A stretch of DNA of 64,000 nt from the human T2T-CHM13v2.0 reference genome, Homo sapiens, in the NCBI RefSeq assembly GCF_009914755.1, contig NC_060933.1; one strand, 5' to 3'. Numbering within the stretch: the first letter of the stretch is position 1; each line of letters begins with the position of its first letter. A program made the translations under genes and the position numbers. Under the pieces are notes generated by a model that saw only the letters and a list, made by a program, of their open reading frames with translations, had not been told where the DNA came from and searched no databases. Shown piece by piece: positions 37,233 to 52,879 of the stretch.

Positions 37233-38365
37233 GATTTGCTAGGACTGTGAGAAGAGACATAGAGTCTGAGCCCAGCTTCTGAAGGCTGTAACACAGTCCT
37301 CTTTAGTCTTGCAGTAGTACAGAGCAAATAGTTTTTACATTAAAGTTAGTGTGTTTTTCCATGTGTTACTTGGAATGTATTTTAATTCATGTTAAAATGA
37401 TCTCAACATTGTGTTTCTCTAGATTGAGAATACTTTTTTGAGATTGTCTGGGCTCCTTGCTTAAAATCTTATGAAGGTTGATTAACTTACCCCAACTAAC
37501 TCCTTTTTTGTAAAAGTGTCAAAAATGAAAAACTGAGGATATTTAAGATGGAATATATCTATATATAATATTACAGTTATTAAAAATGTATGTTTGCTTA
37601 AGTTATTGTAAAAGCATTTCCAGCAAGTGATTGATAACTTTTACCCAAGGCACAGGCAGTAGGTGGAAATAAATCCCTGCACTGGACTTGAAACTAACAC
37701 ATCTATAATTTGTAAGTTTTTTTGGTCACTACTTGAACCAACATTGGTCTTTTTTCTTGTGATTTATATAGCTCTAATGGTCAGTTTTACTACTTTATTA
37801 TGTTCTGTTCTCATAGAACTCTTCATTAATTTGTGTATTTTGGTCTTGTCTCTCCCATGAGATATTCAACTTCCTGAGAGCAGTGGTACATGTATCCTAT
37901 TTTTGTGTGTTGACCAGGTATCACAACTTGTATGTCATAGATATGTGCAGTTTCATGCTTCTTTCAGCTGTTGTTAATCTAACATACTTTTAGCTTCTTA
38001 GGGATAAATATTACAAAGTCAGCCTATAGAATAGTACAGTCATGCATCCTGTGTGATGCCTTGATTAGAACTAGTCTGATATATAGGAAATTTTAGAATT
38101 ATAGAAAACTGCTTATTAGAAATGTTCAGCCACTCTACCATATTTTGATTGTCAGTGATAATCACAGATTTATATTTGTTGCATAAGAGAAATCTACAGA
38201 CAACATACCTCAAACTTAATATAGCCAATTGTCATGAATCTATCCCCTCCTCTCTTCCTCCCAGTGACTTATTATTTGTGTGGGCTTCATAGAGGATTTA
38301 CTTATTTGAGGAATCATGCATAAAGTTTCTTGAACTCATGCATAAAGTTACTTTACAATATATAT

Positions 38366-38669
38366 TTCTTTCTTTTTTTTTTTTTTTTCTCGAGATGGAG
38401 TCTTGCTCTGTCGCCCAGGCTGCAGTGCAATGGTGTGATCTCGGCTGTAACTGCTGCCTCCCAGGTCCAAGCGATTCTCCTGCCTCAGCCTTCCGAGTAG
38501 CTGGGACTACAGGCATGTGCCACCATGCCTGGCTAATTTTTGTATTTTTAGTAGAGATGGGGTTTTGCCGCGTTGGCCAGGCTGGTCTTGAACTCCTGAC
38601 CTCAGGTGATTCACCTGCTTTGGCCTCCCAAAGTGCTGGGATTACAGGTGTGAGCCAACGCGCCTGACC
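38366..38669 (-). mobile_element. Alu (AluS-type)
   Basis: Antisense dimer. Confidence 0.93.
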
Positions 38670-39118
38670 TACAATATGTATTTCTGAGAGGACATAGCAG
38701 TCAATTGTATGATCTCTAATATAATTTTCTAATCAGAGACAGAAAACTTATTTAACAATTTTCCTTTAAGTGTGGTTAAAAAACTGAGTGGTTTTTGGGA
38801 AGATATTATACTTGAGAAAGGACTTGAATTAGTTGGGTTGCCTTTGTTGTCTTCATGTCTGATAAGTTATCTTACTGTGCCTACCTAATGAAGATTAACA
38901 TTACTTATGAAATGTTTGATTTTAACAGAAACATTTGACCATTTACTGTTTATTTTTATTTTAATATTTCAGGCTTTGTGTATTTTTTTCAGTTTGCATG
39001 TTACTTGTAGTTTGGTTGCTTTGAATAAAGTGCACTTTTGAAAGCCTTTTAATTCTCAAGGAGATTTCCAACTGTAAAGAAGCTGTACAGGTAGTTTTCC
39101 CTTAAAGGCTAAACTTCA

Positions 39119-39470
<352 letters not shown>

Positions 39471-39914
39471 TCATAGGAAATCTTGAAAATGCTTCAGTAC
39501 TTTGTTGGAGTTCATTGTGGTGGAACTTTATAAGCCAATTTTTATGGACCCCTTTAAGCCACTTTATCTTATTCATGGATGGTGTAATTATCATTTATTT
39601 ATTTGTTTTCATTGATACATAATAGTTATACCTATTTTGGGGTACACATTTATATAATATATAAAGATCAAATCAGGGTAACTGGGATATCTGTTACCTT
39701 AAATATTTAAAGAGGTGACAACGTATACAGAAAAGAATAGAAACAAAATAAAAACAAAAAAACCCTGTGCTTTAACTCCCCCCCACCCCATGTTTTGATT
39801 TTTTGTTTTCTTAATTTACATGTTTTAATATTGCCTGCTTTTTAGTAGGTTGCTGTAGTTATTGTTTTTGAGATGTTTTTCTTTGGGGCTTCATACTGGA
39901 GTTATGTGTGGATT

Positions 39915-40635
39915 CCATCTGACTTTCCTTGTGTAGCTATGAAGGAATACCTGAGGCAGGGTAATTTATAAAGAAAAAAGATTTATTTGGCTCACAATTC
40001 TGATGTTTAGAAAAGTTCTGGATTAGGCTTCTGCATCCGGTGAGGGTCACATGTTGCTTCCATTCATGGTGGAAGTTGAAGGGAAGCCAGCATGTACAGA
40101 GATCACATGGTAAGAGAGAGAAGGGGCTGGGCACCATGGCTCACGGCTGTAATCCCAGCACTTTGGGAGGCGGAGGTGGGCGGATCACGAGGTCAGGAGA
40201 TCGAGACCATCCTGGCTAACACGGTGAAACCTTGTCTCTACTAAAAATACAAAAAATTAGCCAGGCGTGGTGGCGGGCGCCTGTAGTTCCAGCTACTCAG
40301 AGGCTGAGGCAGGAGAATGGCGTGAACCTGGGAGGCAGAGCTTGCAGTGAGCCGAGATCTTGCCACTGCCTCCAGCCTGGGCGACACAGCGAGACTCCAT
40401 CTCAAAAAAAAAAAAAAAAAAAAAGAGAGAAGGAAGGGAGGGCCAGGCTCTTTTTAACAGCCAGCTCATGGGAACTAATGGAGTGAGAACTCACCCATTA
40501 CCGTGAAGATGGCACCAAGCTATTCATGAGTGATCCACCCCCATGATGGAAACACCTCCCATTAGGCCCCACCTCCAACATTGAGGATCAGCTTTCAACG
40601 TGAGGTTTAGAGGGGTCAAATATCAAACCATATCA
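39915..40635 (-). mobile_element. MST (MaLR) solo LTR, interrupted by an Alu
   Basis: gctatgaaggaatacctgaggcagggtaatttataaagaaaa...cacctcccattaggccccacctccaaca...aaaccatatca. Confidence 0.8.
40125..40423 (+). mobile_element. Alu (AluY-like)
   Basis: TSD agagagaagg. Confidence 0.93.
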
Positions 40636-41135
40636 ATACCACTATTACAGTAATAGAGTATTCTGAATTTGTTCATGTACTTAATTTTAGTGGGTTTTGC
40701 ATCTTTAAATGTTTTCTTCTTGCATGTTAGTGGGTTTTTTCCCCTCCCTGCTTCGTATTGAAGAATTCCCTTTAAGATTTCTTGTAAGATGGGTCTGGTG
40801 ATGGCAAATTCTCTCAGCTTTCATTTATCTGGGAAGGACTTTATCACTCCTTTATGTTTGAAGGACAGCTTTGCTGGTTTCAGTATTCTTGGATGACAAT
40901 CCCCATTTTTCAGCACTTTGAAAATGCCATCTCACTACTTCTTGGCCTATATGATTTCATTGAGAGATCTGTTGCCAGGCCAGTTAGATAGAGTTCCTTT
41001 ATATGTCATTGCTTCTTTTCTCTTCCTGTTTTTAAGATCCTTTCTTTATCTTTGACCTTTGAGAAATTTATTATATGCCTTGGGGTAATCTTATTTGGGT
41101 CATATCTGTTTGGTGATCTCTAACTTTTCTATACC

Positions 41136-41275
41136 TGGTGTGATCTCGGCTCACAGTAACCTCTGCCTCCCAGTTTCAAGCAATTCTGCTGCCTCAGCCC
41201 TCCATAGCTGGGATTACAGGCATGTGCCAACATGCCCAGCTAATTTTTTTTTTTAAATTTATTTTATTTATTTAT
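41136..41275 (-). mobile_element. Internal Alu fragment, apparently copied from 42233-42369
   Basis: Shares private variants with the Alu 1.1 kb downstream; no TSD or tail of its own. Confidence 0.8.
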
Positions 41276-41576
41276 CTTTTTCTAGTTTTGGAAAGTTTTC
41301 TGTTGTTATTTCTTTGAGTAAGCTTTCTACTCCTTGCTCTTGCTCAGTTCCCCCTTGAACAGAAGTAATTCTTAGATTTGGTCTTTAGTGGTAATTTTCT
41401 ATATCTTGTTGGCAATCTTTTTTTTTTAATTTATTTTTTTTCTCCTGTGTCTATGTATGTGCCTGTCTTCAAGCTTACTGTTTCTTTCCTCTGCTTGATC
41501 AATTCTGCTGTTGAGAGCCTCTGATTAATTTTTTAGTTCAGCAAATGTATTTCTTAGTCCCAAGATTTCTGTTTGA

Positions 41577-41915
<339 letters not shown>

Positions 41916-42169
41916 CTTTGTTAAATTTCTTTGATAAATTCTTGAACTCCTTTTCTGTGTTATCTTGGAGATTACTGGTTTCCTTGAAAGTGCTATCTTG
42001 AATTCCTGATCAGAGAGCTTACATATAGCTATGTTATTAGGGCCAGTCAGTCACAGGTTTCTTGCTTTGTCCATTTGAGAAGGTCATGGTTCCCTGTTTG
42101 CTATTGTTTCTTGTGGATGTATGTCTATGACTTTGCGTTATTGTAGGCTTAGTTATTTATCTCAGTCTT

Positions 42170-42794
<625 letters not shown>

Positions 42795-43491
42795 TTTTTT
42801 TTTTTTGGTTACTATTAAATATGTCTACTTAGAGATTCTTATAATTTACCTTGGATTTATTTACCAAGGATATTCTTGACCCTTCTTTCTTTCTTTTCTT
42901 TTCTTTTTCTGCTAGGTTACTGTTTCCTTTTTGGTTCCAGATGGTGCCTTCAGCCCAGGTTTTCCTTAGCTCTAGTAAAGGATCAGAGTGCCCCCTGTCC
43001 TGAATGGGGTATTTTCCAAAGGGTGTGAGAGGGCTAGCTAGGGGTTCATTCCCAGGAGACCTGTGGGACAGACCTTCTACAGTGTAGCACTGCTGAGCTG
43101 CCACTCTGATTTGGCATCTCCGTTGGCTGAATTGCTGAGTTTCCAGGGCTGGGAATGGTATTCCTGCCATCGCTCTTTGTGTCTGGCTGTCTTGAGGGAT
43201 ATTTCTTTCTTCAGGTACTCCCAGTGCTTCCTACAGATTGAAGAAGGGACAGTGTCCTCCTAGGAAACCCACAATGGTGGGAAAGCTGGTTGTCCACCCT
43301 GATCTCTATTCTAGTGTAGAAACCGTGAGTGGGGGGTTTATTTTCTGCACACTTGACTTCAGGCAGATCAAAGGAAGGGGTGCTGAGGATATAGAAGTCT
43401 CTTATTCTCTTACTATTTGCTTGGAATTTTTTTACTTCTCTGGGATCTGACTCCTCCTCATATTTGAGTTCTAGGAAATTGCTGGTGATGA

Positions 43492-43917
<426 letters not shown>

Positions 43918-45039
43918 AGTGCTGCATATTTGTTTTTGGTTTTCTGTGAAGGTTGTGGGAGGAGTGAATCCAGCTTGCTTCTATAGCACCATTTTGGTAT
44001 CAGAAACCACAATTGATATTTGAATAAATGATCATTTGGAAAGAGTAATGTTCTCAGAAGATTCCTATATAAGGTAAGATTATTTTTTGTTGGGAAAAGT
44101 TTGCTTCAGAAAATTTTTGATATGGGCAGACAGCTTTATATGGGCATGTTTTTCATTTATCGTCAACTTCTTGTGTTCTTACATTTTAGAATCTTCTCGA
44201 AATGGCATCTTTCCCTGTTTTATTAATGCTTGATGCTGTTACAAAACATTGCATCTATGTTTGGTAATTTATGATTTTATATGTTTTTCCAATTTCTTCA
44301 TTACTTACTGAGCACACATCTGTGTCAGGTATTGAGCTAGGTGTCAATAATACCATGAACATGTGAACTTGACAGAATGGCTTCTACTTATGAAACTTAC
44401 TAACAGTTGACACACAAAGCTTTTAGCCCCTCCCCTGCACTTCCCCACTGTCTTTTATTGCAGTAGCAGAACGCTTGTGGGCAAAATTTCAGTGGAATTA
44501 AAATCTTACATGGAATCCAAATCTTACACAGAACCCTTATGTATCAACCAGAAAGAATGTTTTCTGTGATAGGTCCCTACTTTGGAAAAACTTTAACACA
44601 GAGATTTTCAAAACTTTCTATACATGAAAGTTTCTGCAGAATCTCAATATTTAAAGCAGAAAACATAAGGCAGAGCTGATATGGATGAAATGTGTGGTGA
44701 GAAGCTTTCTCGCACCAAACCCTCCCTGGAGGCACCTTGTAGAGCTGAGGCCCTATGAAGACACCAGATAAAAAGCCCCCCGAGAGAAAGAACTCAGCTC
44801 GAGCTTTGCCTCTCCCTTACGCCACTGGTGGCCCATTTCCTGACAGAACGTTTAGGTGAACTAGAGACACTCTAGCAACCATACGTGCAGGCAGTCCTAC
44901 GTGAGGAAACTTGAGGAAAATATCCTCACGTGAAGAGAGTTTCCGTAGGTAACATAGCATTCATCCCAGGAAACCCTGGGAACTTTGAGGTGTGCCATAA
45001 AAAGCAGTTTGAAAATCGGTTAACTGGATCACCGATTTG

Positions 45040-45369
45040 AGCCACCCCTCAGTATCCATGAACTGTTGGTTCCAGGTTCCATTCACAATACCAAAACCTG
45101 TGGCTGCTCACGTCCCTGATATAAAGTGCGTGGTAGTTACCCATGCACATCCTCCCCTATACTTTACATCATTTCTAGATTACTTGTAAGCCCTAATACA
45201 ATGTTAATGCTATGTAAATAGTTGTTATCCCGAATTGTTTAGGGAATACTGACCAGAGAAACAGTTTGTACATGTTCAGTACAGACACGACCGTTTCCCC
45301 TCCACGTATTTTTGATCTGTGATTGGTTGACTCCATGGATTTGGAACTCTCGGTGTGGAGGGCTGACTG
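45040..45369. mobile_element. MER2 (Tigger2-family MITE)
   Basis: ccctcagtatccatg...ttggttccagg...catcatttctagattactt...ggagggctgactg|ta. Confidence 0.75.
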
Positions 45370-46054
45370 TACTAGAAAAGTCGCTTTACTACTGCATGTA
45401 TTATATGTTGAGTATTTTGGAGAGGTCAGGAAAGCTTTTTAAAAGTTGTTCAGAGTTGATATCAACTAATTTAGAATACCTTTTTTCTCACGAAAAATAG
45501 TGTGTAAAACACTAAATTATTTTCTACTTAGAAAATATTCAGTAGACTAGGTAATATAAAATATATTATTTCTTGAAAGTCAAGTTTTGTGCCATTGTCT
45601 TACTAGATTTTATAACAATGATGTTAGGTAATGGTAACTTACTAATTTTTCTGATCGCTCGGGGAATTAATTTACATGTATATGGTTATCGAATTGTATT
45701 TGAAATTCCAGATTAAAAAGAACTGCCCAACTTTCCAAAGCTTAGTTATTCCCTTCTTGTAAGGATTTTTTCTCACTGTGGCTTCCACAGTTATGACTGC
45801 CTGCACATATGGTTGCTAGGGTTTCTGGTTTTCATCTGAATGTTATGTCAGGAAATGGGCCATGAATGGCATTAAGGGTGCGGCTGAGCTCTAGCTGAGT
45901 TCCTTTTCTCAGGGGCTTTTAATCTCAGGTTCTGTAGGGCCTCATTTCAGGCACCTCATTCTCCAGGCCGTACTCTTAGATGCCTAGCTTACAAGGCAAG
46001 AGGACTGGCATTTAAGTGACACCTCTTTACAAACATGTTTATTGTTACTGTTTT

Positions 46055-46410
46055 AGCTTAGATTACTTGGGGAGTTCACTCTGAGATTGTGTGCCAGGGC
46101 TTTCTTGTATAGTGCTCCAGGAATAATACTGCTCACAGTGGGGGAGGCAGAACTGGGCAGAAGGGGAAGGTGAACTCCAGCAGAGTCCTGGCAGATCCTA
46201 AGGGCAGTGCTGGAGCTGACATTGCCCTTCAGAATTGCCCCAAATTCAGGCAAGATGGCCAAGCCTTTATACTCAAGCCTGGACCATCCCTTGCATGTGG
46301 GCCGCCATTCCCTCCCTCTTCAAGGGGTATGTTCTTGGGGGAGGGAACCTGAACTCATGAAGGCAGCAAGGGCCTTGCCAGGAGTGGGACTTGGCAGCCT
46401 GCCTGCAGCA
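46055..46410. mobile_element. LTR16A-like ERVL solo LTR
   Basis: gggcagaaggggaaggtgaact...gctggagctg...gcccttcagaattgccccaaattcaggcaag motifs. Confidence 0.5.
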
Positions 46411-48399
46411 TCCCCTATAGCCATGCTTTCTGTTCCTCACGTTCATCTGTTTTTAAGAACTGAAAATTAAGTATGAAATGTTCTACTTTCCACAGTTAAC
46501 TAACAAGACTTCATAATTTAAAACTTAATGCTTAATCTTTAATAAATGCACAAGTATTAAAACTTGTTAGCACCATAAGTAATGTGAAAATGTAACATAG
46601 TCGCATCTATAAAATCCATAGTGGTTCAATCTTTTTGACAATTGGTTATGAGTATGCTTTGATTAAAAAGTGTATTATAAATTAACTACTTCAGGAATTT
46701 TGAGTTTTGTGAAATATACTTTACTTTTTGATTCATAAAGTGTTTTTGTAACAAGAACTCCCTTGCATCCCCCCTGAAAAAAACAACCACTTCAGGTAGT
46801 GGTTTGCTGGTCTTGTTCTTTGTATCTGCGGTTTATTTAAAATGCCATTGTCTTTTGCTTGTTCATTGTAAGGGGGGTTTTTCCCTTGGAGGACAGATGG
46901 GCCCTGTCACTTCTTTCCTTTTGACATCTTCATAGTGATTGTTGGGGAAACAGTGTTGGAAAATGGGTTTGGAGAGTAGATCTTGTACTTTGGAGTTAAG
47001 ATAGGTCTGGGGTTAGGTGCCAGCTCTGTCATCACTTTGCTTGAGTGAAGAGATGCCTGTAAGGAAGCTTTGGCTTCCTCATTAGTTAAATGGAGGTAGT
47101 AGTAGAACTTGTATTATAACATCTTAGCATAAGCTCTGGTGTGTTATCAGTGCTCAATAAATGATGGCTGTGATGAGCTGTAATCATATTATTGGTCAGT
47201 TCTTCTTTTTCACTGTGTTTTTGAACACTTTAGTGAAGGTAGAGGGCAAGTCAGGCATACAAGCTTATGCGAGGAATGGGGCCGGGGGATCATTTTGGGG
47301 TTGTTATCTGTTAAAAAATTGTCCTTGAGGTACTGGGCTTTCTTCTTCACAGGGGATGATTGTGAGCAAAACAGCAACAACAAGCAGAAACATAAATAAG
47401 GGAGGAAATGACTACTTCACACGGCCTTAGTTAGGCGCAGGGAGTATAGGGCAGGCTTGTTTTAGGACTGACCTGCCTGAGCATGACGTGGGCCTGGAAG
47501 GAATTCTCCCCTCTGTGGTCCTGGATGTCACAAGGTGAGTGGAAGCTGGGACATCTGTAGGTGCTGCAGCCCCTGTTGGTGACAGTGACAGAGGGACCTA
47601 TGGCAGCTGCCTGTGACAGCCCTGTGACAGACGTCTGGGCAGTGGGACAACAGAAACCATTTGTTCCTAAACACACAGCCCCAGGGCTCCCAAAAAACAA
47701 TAGGGAATTTTGAGGGAGTGATCTGAGAAGTAGGAGTTAGTCTTTGAGAAGTACTGGTAAACAAGTAAGTGGACTGAGCATATTTTGAAAGAAGTACGAA
47801 GAGGGCAGTTCCTAGAGAAAACTTGAACTAGAGAAAGTAGATTTTCATAAGTATAGATTTACTTACTATTATTGTGAAATGTTGGCCTAATCTCATTCAG
47901 TTCAAGGTAGTGTTTGTTTCACAACTGCAGGGCTATATCTGTTTATGTTTAATTTTTGAGTAAATCACCTGAAGATATGTTTAAAGGAATTTTGTTTTCC
48001 TTGGCCTTCAAAATAAATCTTAAAAAAAATTTATAAAAGACTTCAGTTTTAAATGCAACATAATCCTGTAAATATCTAATTAGTGTGTTCATAGTTCATT
48101 AGTGACTCAGTTTTTTAGTGTTAGCAGTACTTGAGCAATATGCAGAATAGCTCAAGAAAAACCCTACTGTCCCAAAGCTTAAATGAATAATTATTAATTT
48201 TAACAAACCAGTATGTACTTGAGGATATACAATGGTAGGCATTTTATTTGATGGTTTTCAAAGTATACAAAAAAGGTGCAAAGTACATTCTTATCCTCAA
48301 AGAATTTGGAATTAGCTACATAATTGAGCAATTGTGTCCCATAATTTAGGGCCTGGCTGTGGAGCAGGCACTCTACAAGGTAGATGAAAATGGATAGTT

Positions 48400-48945
48400 T
48401 ATGTTAAAATGTCTGGGTGGTGGTAGGCTTTTTCTACCTCATAGAACTCAAGACCTATCAAGACAAAAATGATGTGTGCACATTGAGCAGCATCTTGCTT
48501 TGGGAAGTAGTATATAATACTACATAATATACAATTGAAGGGCTCTGGGAGGAAGAAAAGGGATGAGATGGCTGAAATTTATAATGGTCAAAGAAGGCTT
48601 CAAAGTGGTGGAATCTGGGTGGGGTTTGAGAGGTGAATTGAAACACGGAGAGGGGTATTTTGAGGGGAGGAGTGAGGTTGACACCTATGTGAGTGATAGA
48701 ATAATTCTTAGTCCAGCCTATAGGGAGTGGAATGTTCATATTTAAGAAGGTTGGAGTTAAATTGTGGAGGTCTTGAAAGCCAGGCAGTGAGGTATGAAGG
48801 TTTTTAAACTGTAATAGTGACAATAGTCTAGCTGAAGGCTGATAAAGGTTGAAATTGGGGTGATACTGCTGGGAGATAGACACAAGGTTTTGAGGTGGTA
48901 GAGTGGTTAGGACTTGTTATTGGCGGAGAAGATGAGAAATAAAGA
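48400..48945. mobile_element. L2-type LINE relic
   Basis: Purine-rich degenerate L2-like sequence. Confidence 0.4.
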
Positions 48946-48949
48946 GGTA

Positions 48950-49402
48950 TTGATTTGGGGTGGAGAGTTCTGTAAATGTCTATTAGGTCCACTTGGTCCA
49001 GAGCTGAGTTTAAGTCCTGAATATCCTTGTTAATTTTCTGTCTCGTTTATCTGTCTAATATTAATAGTGGGGTGTTAAAGTCTCCCACTATTATTGTGTG
49101 GAAGTCTAAGTCTCTTTGTAGGTCTCTAAGAACTTGCCTTATGAATCCAGGTGCTCCTGTATTGGGTGCATATATATTTAGGAGTTCGCTCTTCTTGTTG
49201 CATTGATCCCTTTACCATTATGTAATGCCTTCTTTGTCTTTTTTGGTCTTTGTTGGTTTAAAGTCTGTTTTACCAGAGACTAGGATGGCAATCCCTGGCT
49301 TTTCTTTTGCTTTCCATTTGCTTGGTAAAATATTCCTCCATCCCTTTATTTTGAGCCTGTGTGGGTCTTTGCACGTGAGATGAGTCTCCTGAATACAGCA
49401 CA
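48950..49402 (-). mobile_element. L1PA internal fragment (ORF2 endonuclease domain)
   Basis: Minus-strand translation includes [21 protein letters not shown] and [15 protein letters not shown]; no poly(A) or TSD. Confidence 0.92.
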
Positions 49403-49509
49403 GGCAAAGTAGGTTTAGTATAATTCTTAAGGGTCCTATGATTTTTAGAATGGTAAATGAACATTGGATGTAATTTAAAGTCACCAGCCATATTCGCCTT
49501 TAACAATAG

Positions 49510-49905
<396 letters not shown>

Positions 49906-50506
49906 CCTTTGAAGCTTTGAAGCCAGGCATTGACTCCTCTATCTGTGAAAGTCCTAGATGGCATCATCTTCTAGTAGGTATAAGGAGGTTTCCTCCACAT
50001 TGAAAATCTGTTGTTTAATGTAGCCACCTTCATTAATGATCTTAGCTAGATTTTCATAATTTGCTGCAATGTCTATTAATACATCAGCAGCACTTGCTGT
50101 TTCACCTTGTACTTCTCTCTTATGGATACAATGGCTTTCCTGAAACGTCATGGTGCTAGAGTCCAGCTTTTATTCTGCAGCTTCTTCACCTCTCTCAGTC
50201 TTCATAGAATTGAAGAGAATTGAAGCCTTGCTCTGGATTAGGATTTGGTTTAAGGAAATGTTGCTGGTTTGATCTTATGTCCAGACATGCCAACATTCTC
50301 CATATCAGCAATGTTTTTTGTTTTCTTATCATCATTGTGTTCATTGTTGTAGCACTTTTAATTTCCTTCAGTAACTTTTTCTTTGCATTCCTAAGTTTCA
50401 GCTTATCTTAGCTTTCAAAATGCCCTCCTTACTAAGCTAAATCATTTCTAGCTTTTGATTTAAAATGAGAGGCATGGAGCTCTTCTTTTTCTTGAACACT
50501 TAGAGG

Positions 50507-50542
50507 CGAGAGAGAGAGCGAGAGAGAGAGAGAGTGAGAGAG

Positions 50543-50578
<36 letters not shown>
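50507..50578. repeat. (GA)n microsatellite
   Basis: Visible directly in sequence. Confidence 0.92.
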
Positions 50579-50581
<3 letters not shown>

Positions 50582-51409
50582 CAGCTAGCCGACGGAGCAG
50601 TCAGAACACACACATTTATTATGTTCACGCTCTTATGTGGGCATGGTTTGTGGTGCCCCCAAACAATAGCAGTGGCAACATCAAAGGTCACTGATGACAC
50701 ATCACCATAACAGATATAATAATGAAAAAGATTGAAATGTGAGAATTACCAAAATGTGACACACACATTCAAAGCGAGCACATGCTGTTGGAAAAATGCC
50801 ACAGATAGGCTTGGTTAGCACTGCATTGCCATAGACCTTCAGTTTGTAAAAATGCAGCATCTTTAAAGCACAACAAAGTGCAATAAAATGAGGTATGTCC
50901 ATAGTACTATGTTAAACAACAATTAGTAAACACTTGGATGTTATCAGAGCAGCAGGATTTAAAACTTCTTAAAAGCCCCGGGTTTTTTTAAAGGGCTTTT
51001 TACCTCCTATCATTTGCTCTCATTCAGGGCATTCTGTTTCAGCTATTGTCTGACAGTGACTTTTACTGATTTTCAAAACTTGTTTAGATAAAGACTATTA
51101 GCATATTTTAATAAAGTACAAACATGTTGCTGTTTAACTTTATTACTCATTTTTCATTTTATAACGGAATTAGATGACTTTTTTTGTGGCAGCTGCTACA
51201 ATTCATGGAGCTAAATTTTTAGGGCAGTTCTTCTGGGAAAGTGGTTTATGTGGAATTTCGGAGCCCCAAGTCTGCCCAATCTATCTTGAGCACATGTTGT
51301 CTGTCACAGCCTGTGGACTTCGTAGGCAACATAGCTCTGGGTAAGACCCAGGAGGAATGAAGAGAAGGCAAGGATGAAGCATGGGGAGACCATGCTATAA
51401 TGAAAATGT

Positions 51410-51556
51410 GGACTGGCACAGTGGCCTGTGGTGGCCTGTAATCCCAGCACTTTGGGAGGCAGAGGTGGGAGGATCACTTGAGCCCAGGAGTTTGAGACCA
51501 GCTTGGGCAACATAGTGAAACCCTCATCTCTACAGTTAAAAAAAAAAAAAAAAAAG
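51410..51556 (+). mobile_element. FLAM / Alu left monomer
   Basis: Single arm with A tail. Confidence 0.85.
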
Positions 51557-52844
51557 TTGCTAGGGAGTCCTGGGAGACATTTAGGTCTTGGGAGTTTGAC
51601 TGAAGTAGACGTTTGATTGAGGATGCAGTTGCTGGTCCTGAGCACACCAGACTGACCCTAAAGTCAGGAAATGAGGTTTGCTGACATAGCCTTCCTTCCC
51701 ATTTTCTGCTTTCGTGATTTTTTCATCTTCCCGTTTCCTTCCTCTTCTCCAGGACTTCCATCTTGGAGGAGCAGGAATATGGTTTATCATTTGAGAGTGA
51801 TATAAGTCAGCAAATACAGAATATCTGTTCTTCTGGTGCTGTATTCCGGGAGAAAGCCATAGACCCTTCCTCTTAGGGAGCTGAGATAGGATAGTAGGGA
51901 GGCAGGAAGGTAGAAATACACATGTATTCTGAGTGCCAGGGTGGACGCCTGCATGTGAGATTGTTGATACAACAAGAGAGGGAGTGGGAGTTCTCCTGGG
52001 CGGGTCTTGAGCTGAGATTTGAAAGAGGAGTGGGTGTTTTGTTGTATCTTATTCCTGTTTAGGACAGGAAGACTAATTTTGTCCTGGTGCCTGGTAGGTA
52101 GAACTATGAAGTAATCTTAGAAATGTAAGTGGGTAATGATACTTATTTCAGATGTAAGATAAGTATCCCAGAGTTGAGGCATTAGAGTTCATCTCTAGTG
52201 GCGATAACTTTGGGTGTTTTGAGAAGTCAGAGGTCTTCCCTTCTCTTTTATCCTCTTCTTATTCACACTAACTGCCATATGATAGTAGATGTGCCTGAGC
52301 ACTTGATGTTGCTGAGATCCATGTGTCAGAATCTAGGCTTCATTCTGATAGGTCTTAGCAATATCTGTATGTATTTCTACCCCCGCTACTTACATGGAAA
52401 ATGCCTTGAGTTCTTCCTGCAGTGCTTTATATGTGGCAGGTGCTCAGCACCTATCTCCTGAATTGAATTAGATTGTTTTAAAGTGATTCTTACTAGCAGC
52501 ACATCTATTATAAAGGAAAATTTTGGGACAGTAACCCAAATGACTCAACCACCTGGTGATTTGAGTATCCTGCGTTTGCTCGGGCCTGTGATGGTGCAGT
52601 AGAGAAAGAGAACATAGGGCCTGATCATCAGGCTGCTGGAGAGTTGAGTTTTGGATATTCCGATGGGTTGCAAAAAGGTACTGTGCTTTCCTGGGTTCTT
52701 TCAAATTGTAATCAGCCTTTTATGTGCCTGTCTGACCCTTGATGTTAGGATTGTTTGAACTGATACTTTTTGAACATTTTCTCAAGTTTACTGGATGTGG
52801 GGGGCAGCAAGTCAGGCTCACCTCATTGCCTTGTAGCCATCATT

Positions 52845-52879
52845 TACCCTTGATCTTAGCCAAAAGGCCGAGAAGTGAT
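52845..52879 (-). pseudogene. 3'-truncated U2 snRNA retrocopy (U2 nt 1-35)
   Basis: Reverse complement ATCACTTCTCGGCCTTTTGGCTAAGATCAAGGGTA vs U2 ATCGCTTCTCGGCCTTTTGGCTAAGATCAAGTGTA (33/35). Flanked by direct repeats tagccatc(a/t)ttta. Confidence 0.9.

Noticed and set aside
49218-49506. Functional Tigger-L1 fusion protein
   Set aside because: Short, internally frameshifted, and the two parental frames are not joined in phase; no promoter evidence.
52845-52879. Functional U2 snRNA gene
   Set aside because: Only 35 nt, no Sm site or 3' stem-loops, and flanked by a TSD.
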